From: Holophaga sp.
GTDB taxonomy: Bacteria > Acidobacteriota > Holophagae > Holophagales > Holophagaceae
Reading direction: 5' to 3'
DNA: 64,000 nucleotides
Assembly: GCA_016715205.1 (NCBI GenBank)
Contig: JADKBC010000017.1
Coordinates: 19,911-83,910 of the forward strand
Shown piece by piece: positions 52,889-64,000 of this stretch; position 1 is the stretch's first letter, and each line of letters opens with the position of its first letter. A program made the position numbers and the translations under genes. Under the pieces are notes generated by a model, which saw nothing but the letters and a program-made list of their open reading frames with translations, did no database searches and was not told the origin of the DNA.

Positions 52889-54249
52889 GCCTCGTCCGTG
52901 CTGCGCTCCATTTCGCGGTAGCGCGCGTACTCGGCCTCGAAGTAGAGCGGCACGATGGCGGTGGGGCCGTTGCGGTGCTTGGCGATGACCAGTTCGGCGC
53001 TGCGATCTTCCTCTTCGCCTTCCAGCACGGGCTTCATCTTGCGATGAATGAACATCACGATGTCGGCATCCTGTTCGATGGCGCCGGAGTCGCGGAGATC
53101 GGACAGCTGAGGGCGGCCGCCCTGCCGATGTTCGACCTCTCGGTTGAGCTGGGACAGCACAACCACGGGAATCTTGTGATCCTTGGCGAGCAGTTTGAAG
53201 GCACGGCTGATTTCACCGATACGCACTGCCTCGCTCTGTTTCGCGCCGCGACTATCCTGCGGGCTGCTGAGCAACTGCAGGTAGTCGACGATGAGCAGAT
53301 CTAGCTTCTGATTGGACTGAGCCAAGTGGCGCTCCACCATGGCCGTGATTTCCCGTACCGTAATGGCCGCCTGGTCGTTCAGGAAAATGGGCAAGGCCCG
53401 AAGATCGTCCCGGGCGGCCAGCAGCTTGGCCTGCACTTCATCGTTGAAAGCCCCCGCTTGCACGGCCTTCATGTTCACGGTGGCCTTGGCCGCCAGGAGG
53501 CGATTGAACACTTCCTCGTTGGACATTTCCAGGCTGAAGAAAGCGCCGTGACCCCGCTGGCGACTATCGGCGGAACGCAGCAGCCAATTCAGGGCCAGGG
53601 CGGTTTTGCCGATGCCGGGCCGAGCGGCCAGGATGATGAGATTGCCAGGCTGGAAACCCTGGGTGATGGCATCAAGACGCGAGAAACCCACCTTCAGCCC
53701 CACCGACCCCTTGCCTTCCAGACGATCCAGAAGGCGCTCCATGGCCTCGTCGGAAACATCCCCGACATGTTCCAGCCCCTTCTTGCTGCGGCCCTGGGCC
53801 AGCCGAAACAGATCCTGGGCAGCTTTTTCCACAAGGGTTTCCGGGGGAGCTTCCTCTTCGGCAGCCTGACGCACGAGTTGGGCACCCAGTCGGATCAACT
53901 GCCGCAACTTGCGCTTGCGCGTGAGCAGGTCCGCCAAAACCATCGGCCGAGAAACTTCTTCGCCCGAAAGCAGCTCCACCAGCCCCGCATAACCACCTAC
54001 CCGGCCCAAATCCCCAGCCTGATCCAGGGCGTCCTTCAGTGTGAGAGGATTGACCTCCACCTGGGATTCCAGGAGCGTGACCAGGGCTTTGAATACCGCC
54101 CGATGGGCTGGATGAACAAAGTCATCCTCGGTGAGCTGCGATGCAATATCCGATGCTGCGGACTCGGCCCCCGGCGCGCAGCAGGTGGCCAACAGGGCGC
54201 GCTCGGCGTCCACGTCCTCCGGCAGGCGTTCGGGAATCCACTCCGCCAT
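52885..54249 (-). CDS. dnaB: Replicative DNA helicase DnaB
   Basis: DnaB N-terminal domain (ERLPEDVDAERALL), Walker A AARPGIGKTA and LIVDYLQL...LSQLNR. The start was trimmed to ATG 54249. A 4-nt overlap links it to recG. Confidence 0.93.
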   Translation of the reverse strand: MAEWIPERLPEDVDAERALLATCCAPGAESAASDIASQLTEDDFVHPAHRAVFKALVTLLESQVEVNPLTLKDALDQAGDLGRVGGYAGLVELLSGEEVSRPMVLADLLTRKRKLRQLIRLGAQLVRQAAEEEAPPETLVEKAAQDLFRLAQGRSKKGLEHVGDVSDEAMERLLDRLEGKGSVGLKVGFSRLDAITQGFQPGNLIILAARPGIGKTALALNWLLRSADSRQRGHGAFFSLEMSNEEVFNRLLAAKATVNMKAVQAGAFNDEVQAKLLAARDDLRALPIFLNDQAAITVREITAMVERHLAQSNQKLDLLIVDYLQLLSSPQDSRGAKQSEAVRIGEISRAFKLLAKDHKIPVVVLSQLNREVEHRQGGRPQLSDLRDSGAIEQDADIVMFIHRKMKPVLEGEEEDRSAELVIAKHRNGPTAIVPLYFEAEYARYREMERSTDEA

Positions 54250-54254
54250 GATGA

Positions 54255-57200
54255 TCAGAGCCCAGGCGGTGTGTAGCTGGCACCAGGTGCGTTGGCCTTT
54301 ACGAAGATCGGGTTGGTGACCGCGATGGGGTAGATGCCCTTCATCAAGCGGCTCCAATCCTCATAGGCAGACGTGGCTGGGACACTGGGATCGTAGAGAA
54401 CGCCGGACTTGGTCAAGGGAGCACCCGCTTCCACCACGACCCAGGCATCCTTGCCGGGAGTCAGGACATTCAGGTCCAACGGATAGGCCGTGAGAGTCCA
54501 CAACCGCGTGTCCGTGGCGTCCTGGGTGAAGGAGCTGAAGGGGACAACGGTGGCAACGCCATTGACGATGACTCGGACTTCCTCCACCGGCACCCAGGGG
54601 GCGGCATAAACTTTGATATCCAGTGTCCAGGTGGTGGCAGGGCCGGGCACCAGGGAGCCGGGGCCATAGGCGGTGGTAGAACCAGGCTTGATGGCAACAT
54701 CCAGCAGAGGCCCCGTGGAAGCCACCGCAGCGCCACTCTGCAAGGCCTGCAGAATAGGGGAAAGGTTGTCCTGAGCGAAGCCAGTGGCCTTGAGATAGGT
54801 CCGGGCCAAGCCGACCGGGGTATCAAGACTGAACTTGGCAGCGGAAAGCCCGAGCGCCTTGGTGAAGGCTGTGGGTGTTTGCTGATTTAACAAGGCAAAC
54901 CAATCGGCACGCACAGCCTTGAATTCCGCAAACCACGCCGTGGCGTTGGCCCCATCGAGCAGGCTCAAAGGCTGGCCGTTGGCGTCAGAGTACTCCGCAC
55001 GCAATAGTTCAAGGGCATCGAAGGCACTTTGTTTTTTCCCATTGGAAAGAGCGCCGGTGGCATTCCACCAGGCATTCACGCCCTGACCCAGGGGTATCGT
55101 GCGATCAAAGGCCTGGGCCGTGAAAAGCCCCTGGGGTCCGCGCGGCCGGTGAACCACGTGGTACTGCCCTTCGGCTTGAGCAATGAAGTCAGCCAAGGTC
55201 CAGCCGTTTGCGTTCCGGGCTCCCCCAGCGCGCTCATTGCGAGGTGCAGGCGTGAAGAGCGCAGTCACCGAGCCAAAATTGGCCAGATCAGAGCTGCGTC
55301 CGCCCATGGCAAAGGGGGCCGACCCGATGGGCGTTCGATCATCATCGGCAAACAAGGTGCTACTGAATTCAGAGCGGAAATCGTTGGCGATGGCCGTGGC
55401 GTCCGTCAGACGATCCGTTTCCGTGAGCCCCACCACATCCACAGCCTCGGCCAAGGCAGAGGAAAGTTTTTCCACGGGCAGGGTGCCACCAGAAGTGGCA
55501 AGGGAGGCCCCTGGCAAATCAAAGGTAGTCCAGCCGGTGGGAATGGCGGGGGGCTGAAAGGTAAAGGTATGGTAGGTGGACGTCTGCCCGTCATAGGAGG
55601 AAACCGGCAAGATTTCCAGGGGAGCTAATGGACCGCGAATGGCGAGGGCGTCGAACTCACCCTTCTCGAGCCACAAACCCGCCGGGCTGCGGGCGGGCAG
55701 TGAGGCCGCAAAGATCTGATTGTCCGCCTGGAAGCCGAAAACGCCGTAATTGGAGCCCGCAAGGGCGACACCGCGTAAAATCGAGCTAAACCCGGATCCT
55801 AGGGACATGCTTCGTTTGTTGTTCGGATTGGGGGTGGAATCCTTCCCGAACAGCGTGATCCGCACGGGCTGAATGGACGTCGCAGTGCCATCGGCGCGAC
55901 GGGAAACAAAATAGTGGGGGTGAGCCAAATAGGTCCTCGGGGAGCCCCCCGCACTAAGGACGTTGGAACGCTCCGGACAGAGGTAATTCAGGCTGTCATT
56001 ACTGGTCAGGAATTTTTTAGATTCGATGGCAAAGGGGGTGAACAGGTCTGCGCCAGTTGTGCTGGAGCTGTTGACCAGGTTCTCCAGAATGGTCTGGTTG
56101 AAGGGGGCTGGCTGCCCGTTCTGGATGACCATGCGATAGGTGCCAACGGGTAGGTAGGCCACGATCTGGGGAACGGCAGCTGTGGAATAGATCCCAGGAG
56201 TGTTGCTATAGGGCTCCATCCACTCGAGGCGCTCCAACTTCCAGGTGGAGCCGACCTTCTGTTCGATGCGGAATTCAGCGGGCCAGGGTCCCTGACGAAC
56301 GGCAGTGCCAGAAGGTTGAAATACCACTGCGCCGAAATCCTTAGATTGCAGGGATAAGCGATCACCCACCATCTGCCCGAATACGCCGGTGGCTTGGTTG
56401 GGGTAATTCCCAGCAATGCTGGAGCCACCCACGATGTAAAGGCGCCGCAGATGAACGAGTTTCGCACCGGGAGCCAGACTGGCCACGGGCAGGGAGCCCG
56501 CGATCAACCGCTGGGGCGCCACGGGGCGGGACTGGTTGAAGGCCTGCTGGGGATCCGAGGTTACCACCAGCCAATCGGAATCGAGATGGGCCGTGTCCGT
56601 GTTCATGGGCATGAGTCCCAGGGTGGAATGAATGTCTTCCGTGGTGCCGGAAGGTTCCACCCCCATGAAGGCCACCATCGCGGCTTTTACGCCTTGGGTG
56701 GGTTGCCCAAAGACGGTACCAGGCCCACTTGCGGGGATCTCGACGCCCCAGTTGGTCAACAGGTTGGGTGGGCTGGCCATGTCCTCAGCCGCGGGCACAC
56801 TGAACCGGAACCCACCGGTTTTCTGGAAGAGATAGTCACCGATGTTTTTGACGGGTAACGAAGTGGCAGAATTGTTCACAACGGTGGTTTCGAGCGTAAA
56901 GAAATGGTCTTCCTTGCTCAGGGAAATCGAATGGGTGACCGCGAGTCCCTGCACGCGGTGGGCAGAATCCCAGGCAGCACCCGTGAGCTTATGGGCTGGG
57001 TCGTGCACATAACCCAGCATTTCAATACGACTCAGGGCCGCGGTGTTCATCGGCTTGAACTGGTCAAACACTAGGCTAATGGAGGGATCCTGGTTGATTA
57101 CGGGCGTCAACCTCTCCAGCATGTCCATGGGCGGGGAAATGCGCTTGTAGTTCTGGTCCAGCTCAACAATGCAGGCATCGATGATACTGCCGCCAGAAAC

Positions 57201-57497
57201 AGCCCCGGCAATGCTGCCCGGCTGGCCAAAGGGAGTGCCATCCACAGCGATTTCGAGGTAATCATTCCCCAGGTAGAGATCGCCGGGGGCCGCTTCGGCC
57301 TTCAGGCCGTAGGTGCGATCGCCGCCGATGGCAGGAATTTCCTCGGCTACCGCATCTGGGCGCTGGATTCCTGTGGCCCGATAGCAGCCCACACCCGTGA
57401 GCCCGAGGAGCGCGACCGGCACAGCAGCCAACCAAGGACGCCGGGAGTGCCGGAAAACCATGGAGAAATTTGAAATCAGGTTTGCGTATTGCTTCAT
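54255..57497 (-). CDS. Large (1080 aa) secreted/lipoprotein-like protein of unknown function
   Basis: The signal sequence ends in LLGLTGVGC (lipobox-like). It is a long ORF with coding-like composition. I recognise no family. It ends 5 nt before the dnaB start. Confidence 0.7.
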   Translation of the reverse strand: MKQYANLISNFSMVFRHSRRPWLAAVPVALLGLTGVGCYRATGIQRPDAVAEEIPAIGGDRTYGLKAEAAPGDLYLGNDYLEIAVDGTPFGQPGSIAGAVSGGSIIDACIVELDQNYKRISPPMDMLERLTPVINQDPSISLVFDQFKPMNTAALSRIEMLGYVHDPAHKLTGAAWDSAHRVQGLAVTHSISLSKEDHFFTLETTVVNNSATSLPVKNIGDYLFQKTGGFRFSVPAAEDMASPPNLLTNWGVEIPASGPGTVFGQPTQGVKAAMVAFMGVEPSGTTEDIHSTLGLMPMNTDTAHLDSDWLVVTSDPQQAFNQSRPVAPQRLIAGSLPVASLAPGAKLVHLRRLYIVGGSSIAGNYPNQATGVFGQMVGDRLSLQSKDFGAVVFQPSGTAVRQGPWPAEFRIEQKVGSTWKLERLEWMEPYSNTPGIYSTAAVPQIVAYLPVGTYRMVIQNGQPAPFNQTILENLVNSSSTTGADLFTPFAIESKKFLTSNDSLNYLCPERSNVLSAGGSPRTYLAHPHYFVSRRADGTATSIQPVRITLFGKDSTPNPNNKRSMSLGSGFSSILRGVALAGSNYGVFGFQADNQIFAASLPARSPAGLWLEKGEFDALAIRGPLAPLEILPVSSYDGQTSTYHTFTFQPPAIPTGWTTFDLPGASLATSGGTLPVEKLSSALAEAVDVVGLTETDRLTDATAIANDFRSEFSSTLFADDDRTPIGSAPFAMGGRSSDLANFGSVTALFTPAPRNERAGGARNANGWTLADFIAQAEGQYHVVHRPRGPQGLFTAQAFDRTIPLGQGVNAWWNATGALSNGKKQSAFDALELLRAEYSDANGQPLSLLDGANATAWFAEFKAVRADWFALLNQQTPTAFTKALGLSAAKFSLDTPVGLARTYLKATGFAQDNLSPILQALQSGAAVASTGPLLDVAIKPGSTTAYGPGSLVPGPATTWTLDIKVYAAPWVPVEEVRVIVNGVATVVPFSSFTQDATDTRLWTLTAYPLDLNVLTPGKDAWVVVEAGAPLTKSGVLYDPSVPATSAYEDWSRLMKGIYPIAVTNPIFVKANAPGASYTPPGL

Positions 57498-57550
57498 CAG
57501 GGGATGCTCCCGGTGGGACCCGGTGGGGTAAGGGTCTATGCTAACTCACG

Positions 57551-58249
57551 ATGCGCCTATCTGCCTTGACGAGTCTTGCCGGGGGACCCTGGCGTCGAAT
57601 AGGGATCGCCCTGGCGTTCCTCCTCATCGGGGACCTGCTTTGGACACTGGGAAGGTTCCCCAGGCATGCCAAAGGGCGCATTCTGGCCCCGGCAGATTTG
57701 CATATGCATGACATGCCTTCGCTCATATTGGGGGCGGGGGTACTGCCCGGGAAGGAACCCACCCACGTCCTGCAGGGGCGCCTGCAAACGGCTCTGGATC
57801 TCTACCATTCCGGGCAAACCCGATGGTTCCTGGTGTCCGGGGACAACCGAAGCCCCTACTACAACGAGCCCCAGGCCATGCGGAAATGGCTATTGAAACA
57901 AGGGGTTCCACCCAATCGAATCGTGGCTGACTTTGCGGGCCGACGCACCTACGACAGCCTGCGGCGAGCCCACGTGATCTTCGGTTTGCGGCGTGTGATC
58001 ATCGTCACCTCTGACTTTCATCTACCCCGAGCCATCTTCACCGCCCAACGCTTGGGGTTGGAGACCTGGGGAGTTGCTGCTCCCACTGAGCATCTCCCCT
58101 GGCCCCGCCGCATGTCCTTTTGGGTCCGGGAGTACGTGGCACGTCACAAGGCGCTTCTGGACGCCTGGTTTCCCCCGGATACCTTGCTTGGCCCCCGGGA
58201 ACCCACGCCTGAAGACTGGTTGCGCCCTGAGTCCGAGGTAGTTCCATGA
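57551..58249 (+). CDS. SanA/YdcF (DUF218) family protein
   Basis: N-terminal TM followed by LILGAGV...LDLYHSGQTRWFLVSGDN...YNEPQAMRKWLLKQGVP...IIVTSDFHLPRA. Confidence 0.85.
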   Translation: MRLSALTSLAGGPWRRIGIALAFLLIGDLLWTLGRFPRHAKGRILAPADLHMHDMPSLILGAGVLPGKEPTHVLQGRLQTALDLYHSGQTRWFLVSGDNRSPYYNEPQAMRKWLLKQGVPPNRIVADFAGRRTYDSLRRAHVIFGLRRVIIVTSDFHLPRAIFTAQRLGLETWGVAAPTEHLPWPRRMSFWVREYVARHKALLDAWFPPDTLLGPREPTPEDWLRPESEVVP

Positions 58250-59385
58250 AACCTGCGGGTGAACTGTTCGTCCTGGCAGCAGGCCGCCTTCCCCAGGGAC
58301 GGTTTGGCGGAGCCCTGGCAGGGGAAGGTGCGGTTCGACTTGGGGTGACCGCCGTGAAGGCGCTCATGGCTGACCCCGCCCTGCCCCGCCCTGGACGCAC
58401 ATTCTGGGGTATGGCCCGTTCCCACACCCAAGGCATGAACCCCGCCCGTACCATTGCCATGCAAGCGGGGCTCGGCGTGGAATGCGTGGGAACCACCCTC
58501 AACATGGCCTGTGCCTCCTCGCTGGAAGCCGTCTTTCTCGCGGGCCAGGCGCTTAGTGCCGGCTTTCCCCGACCGATCCTGGCCGGAGGTAGCGAGGCCA
58601 TGTCCGATACCCCCCATTTGGCCCCAGGCCTAAGATGGGGCCTAGGTTTTGGTCATGCTCAGTTGCCGGATGTCATGCACCAGGATGGCCTGCGCTGCCC
58701 CCTGACAGGATTGCTTATGGGAGAAACCATTGAGCACTTGGTGGCCGCCCGGGGAATTACTCGGAACGAGGCCGATGCCTATGCCCTGGAAAGCCACCAG
58801 CGCGCCACCCAGGCTGATTTTTCGAGGGAATGGCTCAATCACCCCAGGCTGAGCCACGACGAGTGCATCCGACCCAGGGATACCCTTGCCGCTCTTTCTG
58901 CGCTGCCACCCGTGTTCAACCCAGATGGCCAAGTGACGGCGGGCAATGCCAGCGCGCTGGCGGACGGGGCCGCTGCGCTGTTGATCGCCCGACCGGATCA
59001 GGCAGCGGGCCAACGTCCCCTGGCGCGCATTCTGGCCTGGTCGGAAGTGGGGCTGGAACCCTTGGAAATGGGGGAAGGCCCCGTTCATGCAGTCAGGGCG
59101 CTCCTGACCGAAACTTGCCATTCCGTGGCCGATATCGACCTGTGGGAACTCAATGAGGCCTTTGCGGCTCAGGTGCTCTGCTGTGCCCAACAATTGGAAC
59201 TGCCCCACCACCGTCTGAATGTGGCCGGAGGCGGCATCAGCCTGGGGCACCCCATTGGTGCCAGCGGTGCCCGCATTCTGGTCACCTTGATTCACCAGCT
59301 CCGGCAGAGGGGTGGCGGGCTTGGGGTCGCCACCCTTGGCATCGGTGGAGGCATCGGGCAGGCGATATTACTGGAGGTTTACTGA
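58246..59385 (+). CDS. Thiolase (acetyl-CoA C-acetyltransferase family)
   Basis: Active-site Cys region LNMACASSLEA and the C-terminal NVAGGGISLGHPIGASGARIL...LGIGGGIGQA. Confidence 0.88.
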   Translation: MKPAGELFVLAAGRLPQGRFGGALAGEGAVRLGVTAVKALMADPALPRPGRTFWGMARSHTQGMNPARTIAMQAGLGVECVGTTLNMACASSLEAVFLAGQALSAGFPRPILAGGSEAMSDTPHLAPGLRWGLGFGHAQLPDVMHQDGLRCPLTGLLMGETIEHLVAARGITRNEADAYALESHQRATQADFSREWLNHPRLSHDECIRPRDTLAALSALPPVFNPDGQVTAGNASALADGAAALLIARPDQAAGQRPLARILAWSEVGLEPLEMGEGPVHAVRALLTETCHSVADIDLWELNEAFAAQVLCCAQQLELPHHRLNVAGGGISLGHPIGASGARILVTLIHQLRQRGGGLGVATLGIGGGIGQAILLEVY

Positions 59386-59425
59386 GAGCCGACCGATAGG
59401 AGGGTGTTCGTCCTCCCTGGTCCCA

Positions 59426-62400
59426 ATGCGTCAACGCCACGTTTCCCTCCGCACCCTGCTGCTCCTCCTGGTTTCGATCGCCATGCTTCCGGTGGCGGGA
59501 ATCGTGATCTATTCGGGGCGGAACCGTCAGGATTTGGCCCTGCGCAATGCCATGCAGATCACGGAGAACCAGGCCAGCACGGGCGCTGACCAGCTCCAGC
59601 GGGTGGTGGATGGTCTCCATCAGTTGCTGACCACCCTGGCGGAACTGCCTCAAATCCGATCCCGGGACCCCAAAGCCGCCAATCAACTACTCGCGGGATT
59701 GCAACGCCAGAACGAACGGGTGGTATCGCTGTTCGCCGTAGGAACGGATGGTCAGATCTTTTCGGCCCATTCGCCCATCAATCAGGCTTCCGTCAAGGAC
59801 CGCAAGTATTTTCAGGAGGCCATGAAAAATCTCCGATACTCCGCGGGGGATTTTGTCATCGGCCATTTTTCGGGCAAGCGGCTCCTTCATTTCGCGCTCC
59901 CGGTCATTGATGGAAAAACATTCGTGAATTCCATTCTCGTGGGTGCCATCGACATCACCCACCCAAATTCCCTGGTGGGCAATCTGGCTTTGCCCAAGGG
60001 CACTAGGGTCACCCTGATGGACCGAACCGGCACCGAACTTGGTGGGGCTGATCCCGGCCCAGACAAGGTGGGTTTCCCGACCAGTCCAGCGCGGTTCCAG
60101 GCACTCGCAAGAATCAGTGCCGAAGGCACCCATCGCGAGCATCTCACCGATGGCACCTATCTCGTGGCCGTGCGCGCCCTGGTGCTTCCAAGCGAAAAAA
60201 CACCCTACATGTTGATCAAGGTGGCGGTGCCAGAACGGGTCGCGCTGGCAGAAGCACGGTGGGATTTTCAGCGCAATCTGATGCTGCTGCTGGTCGTGGC
60301 CGCAGGAACCAGCCTTGCCGCTTGGCTGCTGGGCAATCGCATGGTCGCTCGTCCAATTCTCTTCCTGGCCCAGGCTGCGGATCGGCTGGGCCACGGGCAG
60401 TTGGAAACCCGCTGTGACGTGACAACCCGGGCTCAAGAAATCAATGGCCTTGCCCGTTCCATCGATGCCATGGCCGATGCCCTGCAGGCCCGCGACCGCG
60501 AACGCGAGACCAGCCGCACGGCCCTGCTTCAAAGCCAACAGCTCCTGGATCTGTTCTTTTCACAATCCTTGGATGGCTTCTACATCGCCATCGCCGACCA
60601 CCCCATCCGTTGGGATGACACGGTGGATAAAGAATCCGCGGTGGAAGATTTCCTGGACCATATGCGGATCCAACGGGTCAATGCAGCCATGTTGGCCCAG
60701 TACCAAGCGGTGGAATCTGATTTCCTGGGTAAACCCATTCGCACCTTCTTCTCTCACGACCTGGATTCCGCCCGGATCTCAATCCGGAAGTTCCTCGATA
60801 CCGGACGCATGCAGAACGAGGCCCTCGAATACAAGCCAGATGGCACTCCCATTTGGATCGAGGGGGACTACCTCTGCATGTACGAAGAGGCCGGGTGGAT
60901 CAGCGGGCACTTTGGCATTCAACACGACGTGACGGAGCGTCGGATGCTCGAAACCACCCTTCGTGAAAACGAAGAACGGGTGCGAATGCTCTTTGACGCG
61001 GTGAACGACGCCATCTTTGTGCACGATCTCACCACCGGCCAGATCCTGGATGTGAACCAGAAGACCCTTGAAATGTACGGCTACACCCGAGAAGAGATCC
61101 TCCAGATGGAGGTAGGACAGCTGAGCGAGGGTGTTCTCCCCTTCACCCAAACGGAAGCCATGGTGTATGTTCAGCGTGCTGCCAATGGGGAACCGCTGCT
61201 GTTTGAATGGCGAGGTCGGCGCAAATCGGGGCAGGTTTTCTGGGTCCAGGTCAACATGCGCCGAGCGGCCATCAAGGGCGAGAACCGCCTGATGGCAACC
61301 GTACGCGACATTGATGCCGGGAAATTCGCTGAGTCTGCGTTACAGCATAGTGAGGAGCGCTACCAGGGCCTCTTCCTGCATTCGCCTGATTCTATTTTTT
61401 GGATCGCGGTCCAGGAGGATGGAACCTTCGTGGTTGAAAGCATCAACCCCGCCCAGGAAACCATGATCGGGTTCAAGAACCAAGACATCGCGGGAAAACA
61501 ACTTCAAGAATTCCTGCCTGCCGAGCTTGCCGAGGGGATCACGGCCCACTACCGGCAATGCGTGGAAAACGGCCACCCCGTCACCTATGAAGAAGACGTT
61601 GATTTAGGGTCCGGTCCGCAGTACTTCCAAACCCAACTGGTGCCCATCCGGGATGCCAAGGGACGCATTCATCGTCTTGCGGGAGTCAGCAAGGACGTAA
61701 GCGCTCGCCGCAGCGCTGAAAATGCGCTCCGGTCCAGCCAGGAAATGTTCCGGGCGATTTTTGATCAGGCTTTCCAACTCGTGGGCCTGTTGGACACCGA
61801 GGGCACGCTGATTCAGGTCAATCAGACCTCCCTGGACTTCCTGGGGCTTTCCGAAGACCAGGTGATCGGCCGACCTTTCTGGGAAACACCCTGGTGGAAA
61901 GACTCTGCGGCCAACCAGGAAACGCTGCGCGAAGGCATTCTCCAAGCAGCCCAGGGACGCCTGGTCCGATTTGAAACCACGCACATGGACAAAGAAGGCA
62001 ATCTTCACAACATTGATTTCTCTTTGAAACCCTTCACCGATCCCAGCGGCAAGGTGCGGCTCCTGATCCCTGAAGGCCGGGACATTACCGAACGGAAGCG
62101 GACCGAAGAATCCCTAAAGGAAAGGCAGCAACTGTTCCGGCTGTTGTTCGAGCATTCCGGAGACGCCAACTTGCTCCTGGATGAGGGTCTCTTCGTGGAC
62201 TGCAACGAAGCCACCCTCCGCCTTCTGGGGGCGCAGCACAAGGCGGAAATCCTCAATACCCATCCCTCCCAGCTTTCACCTGAATTCCAGCCCGATGGTC
62301 GATCCTCCATGGAAAAGGCTGAAGAGCTGATCGCCACGGCCTTTCGGCTTGGCAGCCTTCGGTTCGAATGGCTGCACAAGAAGTTGGATGGCAACCTGCT

Positions 62401-63667
62401 GCCCGTGGATGTGATGCTCACGGCCGTTCCCTGGAAGGGCAAATGGATCCTGCACACGGCCTGGCGGGATCTGACCGATTCCCGGCGCGCAGACGAAGAG
62501 CGCCGCAACCTGGAAAGCCAGATGCAGCAGGCCCAGCGGCTGGATAGCCTTGGCGTGCTGGCTGGCGGCATCGCCCATGATTTTAATAACCTGCTCACGG
62601 CCCTGCTGGGGAACCTGAACCTTGCGCATATGAGTATTCCGGAGGATTCCCCCGCCGCGCCCTACCTGAATAGCGCCGAAAACGCCGTGATGCGCGCCTC
62701 GGAGCTCACCCAGCAAATGCTCGCCTATTCCGGCAAAGGCCGCTTTGTGGTGAAGCTCCATGACCTGAACAAAGTGATTCAGGAGATGGCCCATCTCATG
62801 CAGGTTTCGATCCCCAAAAAGATCTCCCTGGTGCAGTTCCTGGCCGAAGAATTGCCACCCATCGAAGCTGACGGGGCCCAGATTCAGCAGGTGATCTTGA
62901 ACTTGGTCACCAACGCCGCCGATGCCATTGGCAGCCAGGACGGCGTGATCACCGTTTCGACCGAGTTACTGAACCTGGACAGCCAAGCCCTGGCCCATGA
63001 GTTCCCGGCTCAGTCCCTGACTCCCGGGCCATATGTTTGCCTGGAAGTGCGCGACACGGGGTGTGGCATTCCACCGGAAACCATGGCGAGAATTTTCGAG
63101 CCCTTTTTCACCACGAAGCCCACCGGGCGCGGCCTTGGCCTTTCCGCCATGCTCGGCATTCTCCGGGGCCATCACGCAGGCATCAAGATCCACAGCAAGG
63201 TCGGATCCGGCTCGACCTTCACCCTGGTTTTCCAGGCCAAGCAAGGAAACGTGGAAGCTGCCCCCACCGTTGCGCTGGCGCCCGCCGTGATGGCCACCGA
63301 AACGATCCTGGTGGTGGACGATGAACCCACGATTTTGGAGACGGCCCAAGCTGCCCTCGAGGGCATCGGGTATCGCGTCCTTCTGGCCAACGATGGGCTG
63401 GAAGCGGTTGAACGGTTCCGGGCGGAACATGCTGAAATCGCGCTGGTGATCATGGATCTCACCATGCCCCGCATGGATGGGCGGGAAGCCTTTGAGGCCA
63501 TGCTGGCCATCCAGCCGAATGTGCGCGTGATTCTTACCAGCGGCTACAGCGAACAGGAATCGGTGCAACAGATGTTGGGGCGGGGCTTGGCGGGGTTCCT
63601 TCCCAAACCTTATCCCATCTCGGACTTGCGGAAGATCGTTCAGCAGTCACTGCGCCCCGAACCCTGA
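59426..63667 (+). CDS. Hybrid sensor histidine kinase (periplasmic Cache-like, HAMP, multiple PAS, HisKA, HATPase_c, REC)
   Basis: Two TM segments flank a ~280-aa periplasmic domain. HAMP, then four or five PAS/PAC-like segments, H-box [12 protein letters not shown]-boxes DTGCGI / GRGLGL, and a C-terminal receiver ILVVDDEP...[12 protein letters not shown]. The start was trimmed to ATG 59426. Confidence 0.9.
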   Translation: MRQRHVSLRTLLLLLVSIAMLPVAGIVIYSGRNRQDLALRNAMQITENQASTGADQLQRVVDGLHQLLTTLAELPQIRSRDPKAANQLLAGLQRQNERVVSLFAVGTDGQIFSAHSPINQASVKDRKYFQEAMKNLRYSAGDFVIGHFSGKRLLHFALPVIDGKTFVNSILVGAIDITHPNSLVGNLALPKGTRVTLMDRTGTELGGADPGPDKVGFPTSPARFQALARISAEGTHREHLTDGTYLVAVRALVLPSEKTPYMLIKVAVPERVALAEARWDFQRNLMLLLVVAAGTSLAAWLLGNRMVARPILFLAQAADRLGHGQLETRCDVTTRAQEINGLARSIDAMADALQARDRERETSRTALLQSQQLLDLFFSQSLDGFYIAIADHPIRWDDTVDKESAVEDFLDHMRIQRVNAAMLAQYQAVESDFLGKPIRTFFSHDLDSARISIRKFLDTGRMQNEALEYKPDGTPIWIEGDYLCMYEEAGWISGHFGIQHDVTERRMLETTLRENEERVRMLFDAVNDAIFVHDLTTGQILDVNQKTLEMYGYTREEILQMEVGQLSEGVLPFTQTEAMVYVQRAANGEPLLFEWRGRRKSGQVFWVQVNMRRAAIKGENRLMATVRDIDAGKFAESALQHSEERYQGLFLHSPDSIFWIAVQEDGTFVVESINPAQETMIGFKNQDIAGKQLQEFLPAELAEGITAHYRQCVENGHPVTYEEDVDLGSGPQYFQTQLVPIRDAKGRIHRLAGVSKDVSARRSAENALRSSQEMFRAIFDQAFQLVGLLDTEGTLIQVNQTSLDFLGLSEDQVIGRPFWETPWWKDSAANQETLREGILQAAQGRLVRFETTHMDKEGNLHNIDFSLKPFTDPSGKVRLLIPEGRDITERKRTEESLKERQQLFRLLFEHSGDANLLLDEGLFVDCNEATLRLLGAQHKAEILNTHPSQLSPEFQPDGRSSMEKAEELIATAFRLGSLRFEWLHKKLDGNLLPVDVMLTAVPWKGKWILHTAWRDLTDSRRADEERRNLESQMQQAQRLDSLGVLAGGIAHDFNNLLTALLGNLNLAHMSIPEDSPAAPYLNSAENAVMRASELTQQMLAYSGKGRFVVKLHDLNKVIQEMAHLMQVSIPKKISLVQFLAEELPPIEADGAQIQQVILNLVTNAADAIGSQDGVITVSTELLNLDSQALAHEFPAQSLTPGPYVCLEVRDTGCGIPPETMARIFEPFFTTKPTGRGLGLSAMLGILRGHHAGIKIHSKVGSGSTFTLVFQAKQGNVEAAPTVALAPAVMATETILVVDDEPTILETAQAALEGIGYRVLLANDGLEAVERFRAEHAEIALVIMDLTMPRMDGREAFEAMLAIQPNVRVILTSGYSEQESVQQMLGRGLAGFLPKPYPISDLRKIVQQSLRPEP

Positions 63668-63851
63668 GCGCCTGCCTTCAGGATCGCGGTGGGCCAAGGC
63701 CGGGCCATGGCATTCGCCCACGCGGTTGATCGTGACTTCCCTGCAATTCATCGGAGGGAATAAACCACTGGGCTCCCTGGCCCGAAGACTGCTAGTCAAG
63801 GCGCAGCCCTTGGCGCATCATGTCACGAGGTTAGTTCTTTCAGAGGTCCCC

Positions 63852-64000
63852 ATGTCCGAATCCCCGCTCATCCGGCTGCGCAACATCACCAAGGTCTACC
63901 TGATGGGCGACATGGAAGTGCGGGCGCTCGACGGTGTGGACATGGACATCGAGCGCGGGGAATACGTGGCCATCATGGGCCCCAGCGGCTCTGGCAAATC
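63852..64000 (+). CDS. ABC transporter ATP-binding protein (MacB/LolD-like), N-terminal fragment
   Basis: [49 protein letters not shown] (Walker A). Truncated by the right edge. Confidence 0.85.
   Translation, partial: MSESPLIRLRNITKVYLMGDMEVRALDGVDMDIERGEYVAIMGPSGSGK

Overview
High-GC (roughly 60% by eye) bacterial chromosomal segment. The gene content (CarboxypepD_reg-type TonB-dependent receptor, several MacB/FtsX permeases, fused E1 alpha/beta) suggests Acidobacteriota, possibly Holophagae-like, but that is only a guess. I support about 60 protein genes and one tRNA-Leu(CAA). I saw no rRNA, CRISPR array, transposase or integrase. Most genes are core functions: dnaB-recG, ddl, coaD, argR, ampG, gatA, a 2-oxoacid dehydrogenase E1 and E2, nadE, a thiolase, Nfu, an IMPase, a beta-carbonic anhydrase and a pilMNOPQ type IV pilus cluster. 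There are also many signalling genes: two PP2C phosphatases, two histidine kinases, an OmpR-type and an NtrC-type response regulator, and a GAF/degenerate-GGDEF protein. Nothing here is a clear-cut new system. The best leads are: (1) an 841-codon open frame at the left edge, absent from the supplied ORF track, encoding a He_PIG-repeat surface protein with four near-identical 264-bp tandem units; (2) an exact 21-bp TGTAAG-N4-TGTAAG motif with the same spacing to a -10-like hexamer upstream of both this adhesin and a hemerythrin gene, next to an orphan OmpR-family regulator; (3) an RdgC homologue split into two translationally coupled ORFs inside a PP2C-RdgC-RdgC-amidase operon; (4) a sigma54-activator-like regulator lacking GAFTGA, coupled to MoxR, a RodZ-like protein and a helical-repeat protein; (5) a two-domain PPK2 broken by a one-base frameshift; (6) an 89-aa protein with only the flagellar-rod terminal motifs, in a non-flagellar context; (7) a 396-bp AT-rich gap beside argR with phased TTTGCA repeats, two palindromes and a small Cys-rich ORF; (8) an unlisted 50-aa membrane microprotein. 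Many long ORFs in the track are antisense or alternative-frame artefacts of the high GC content.
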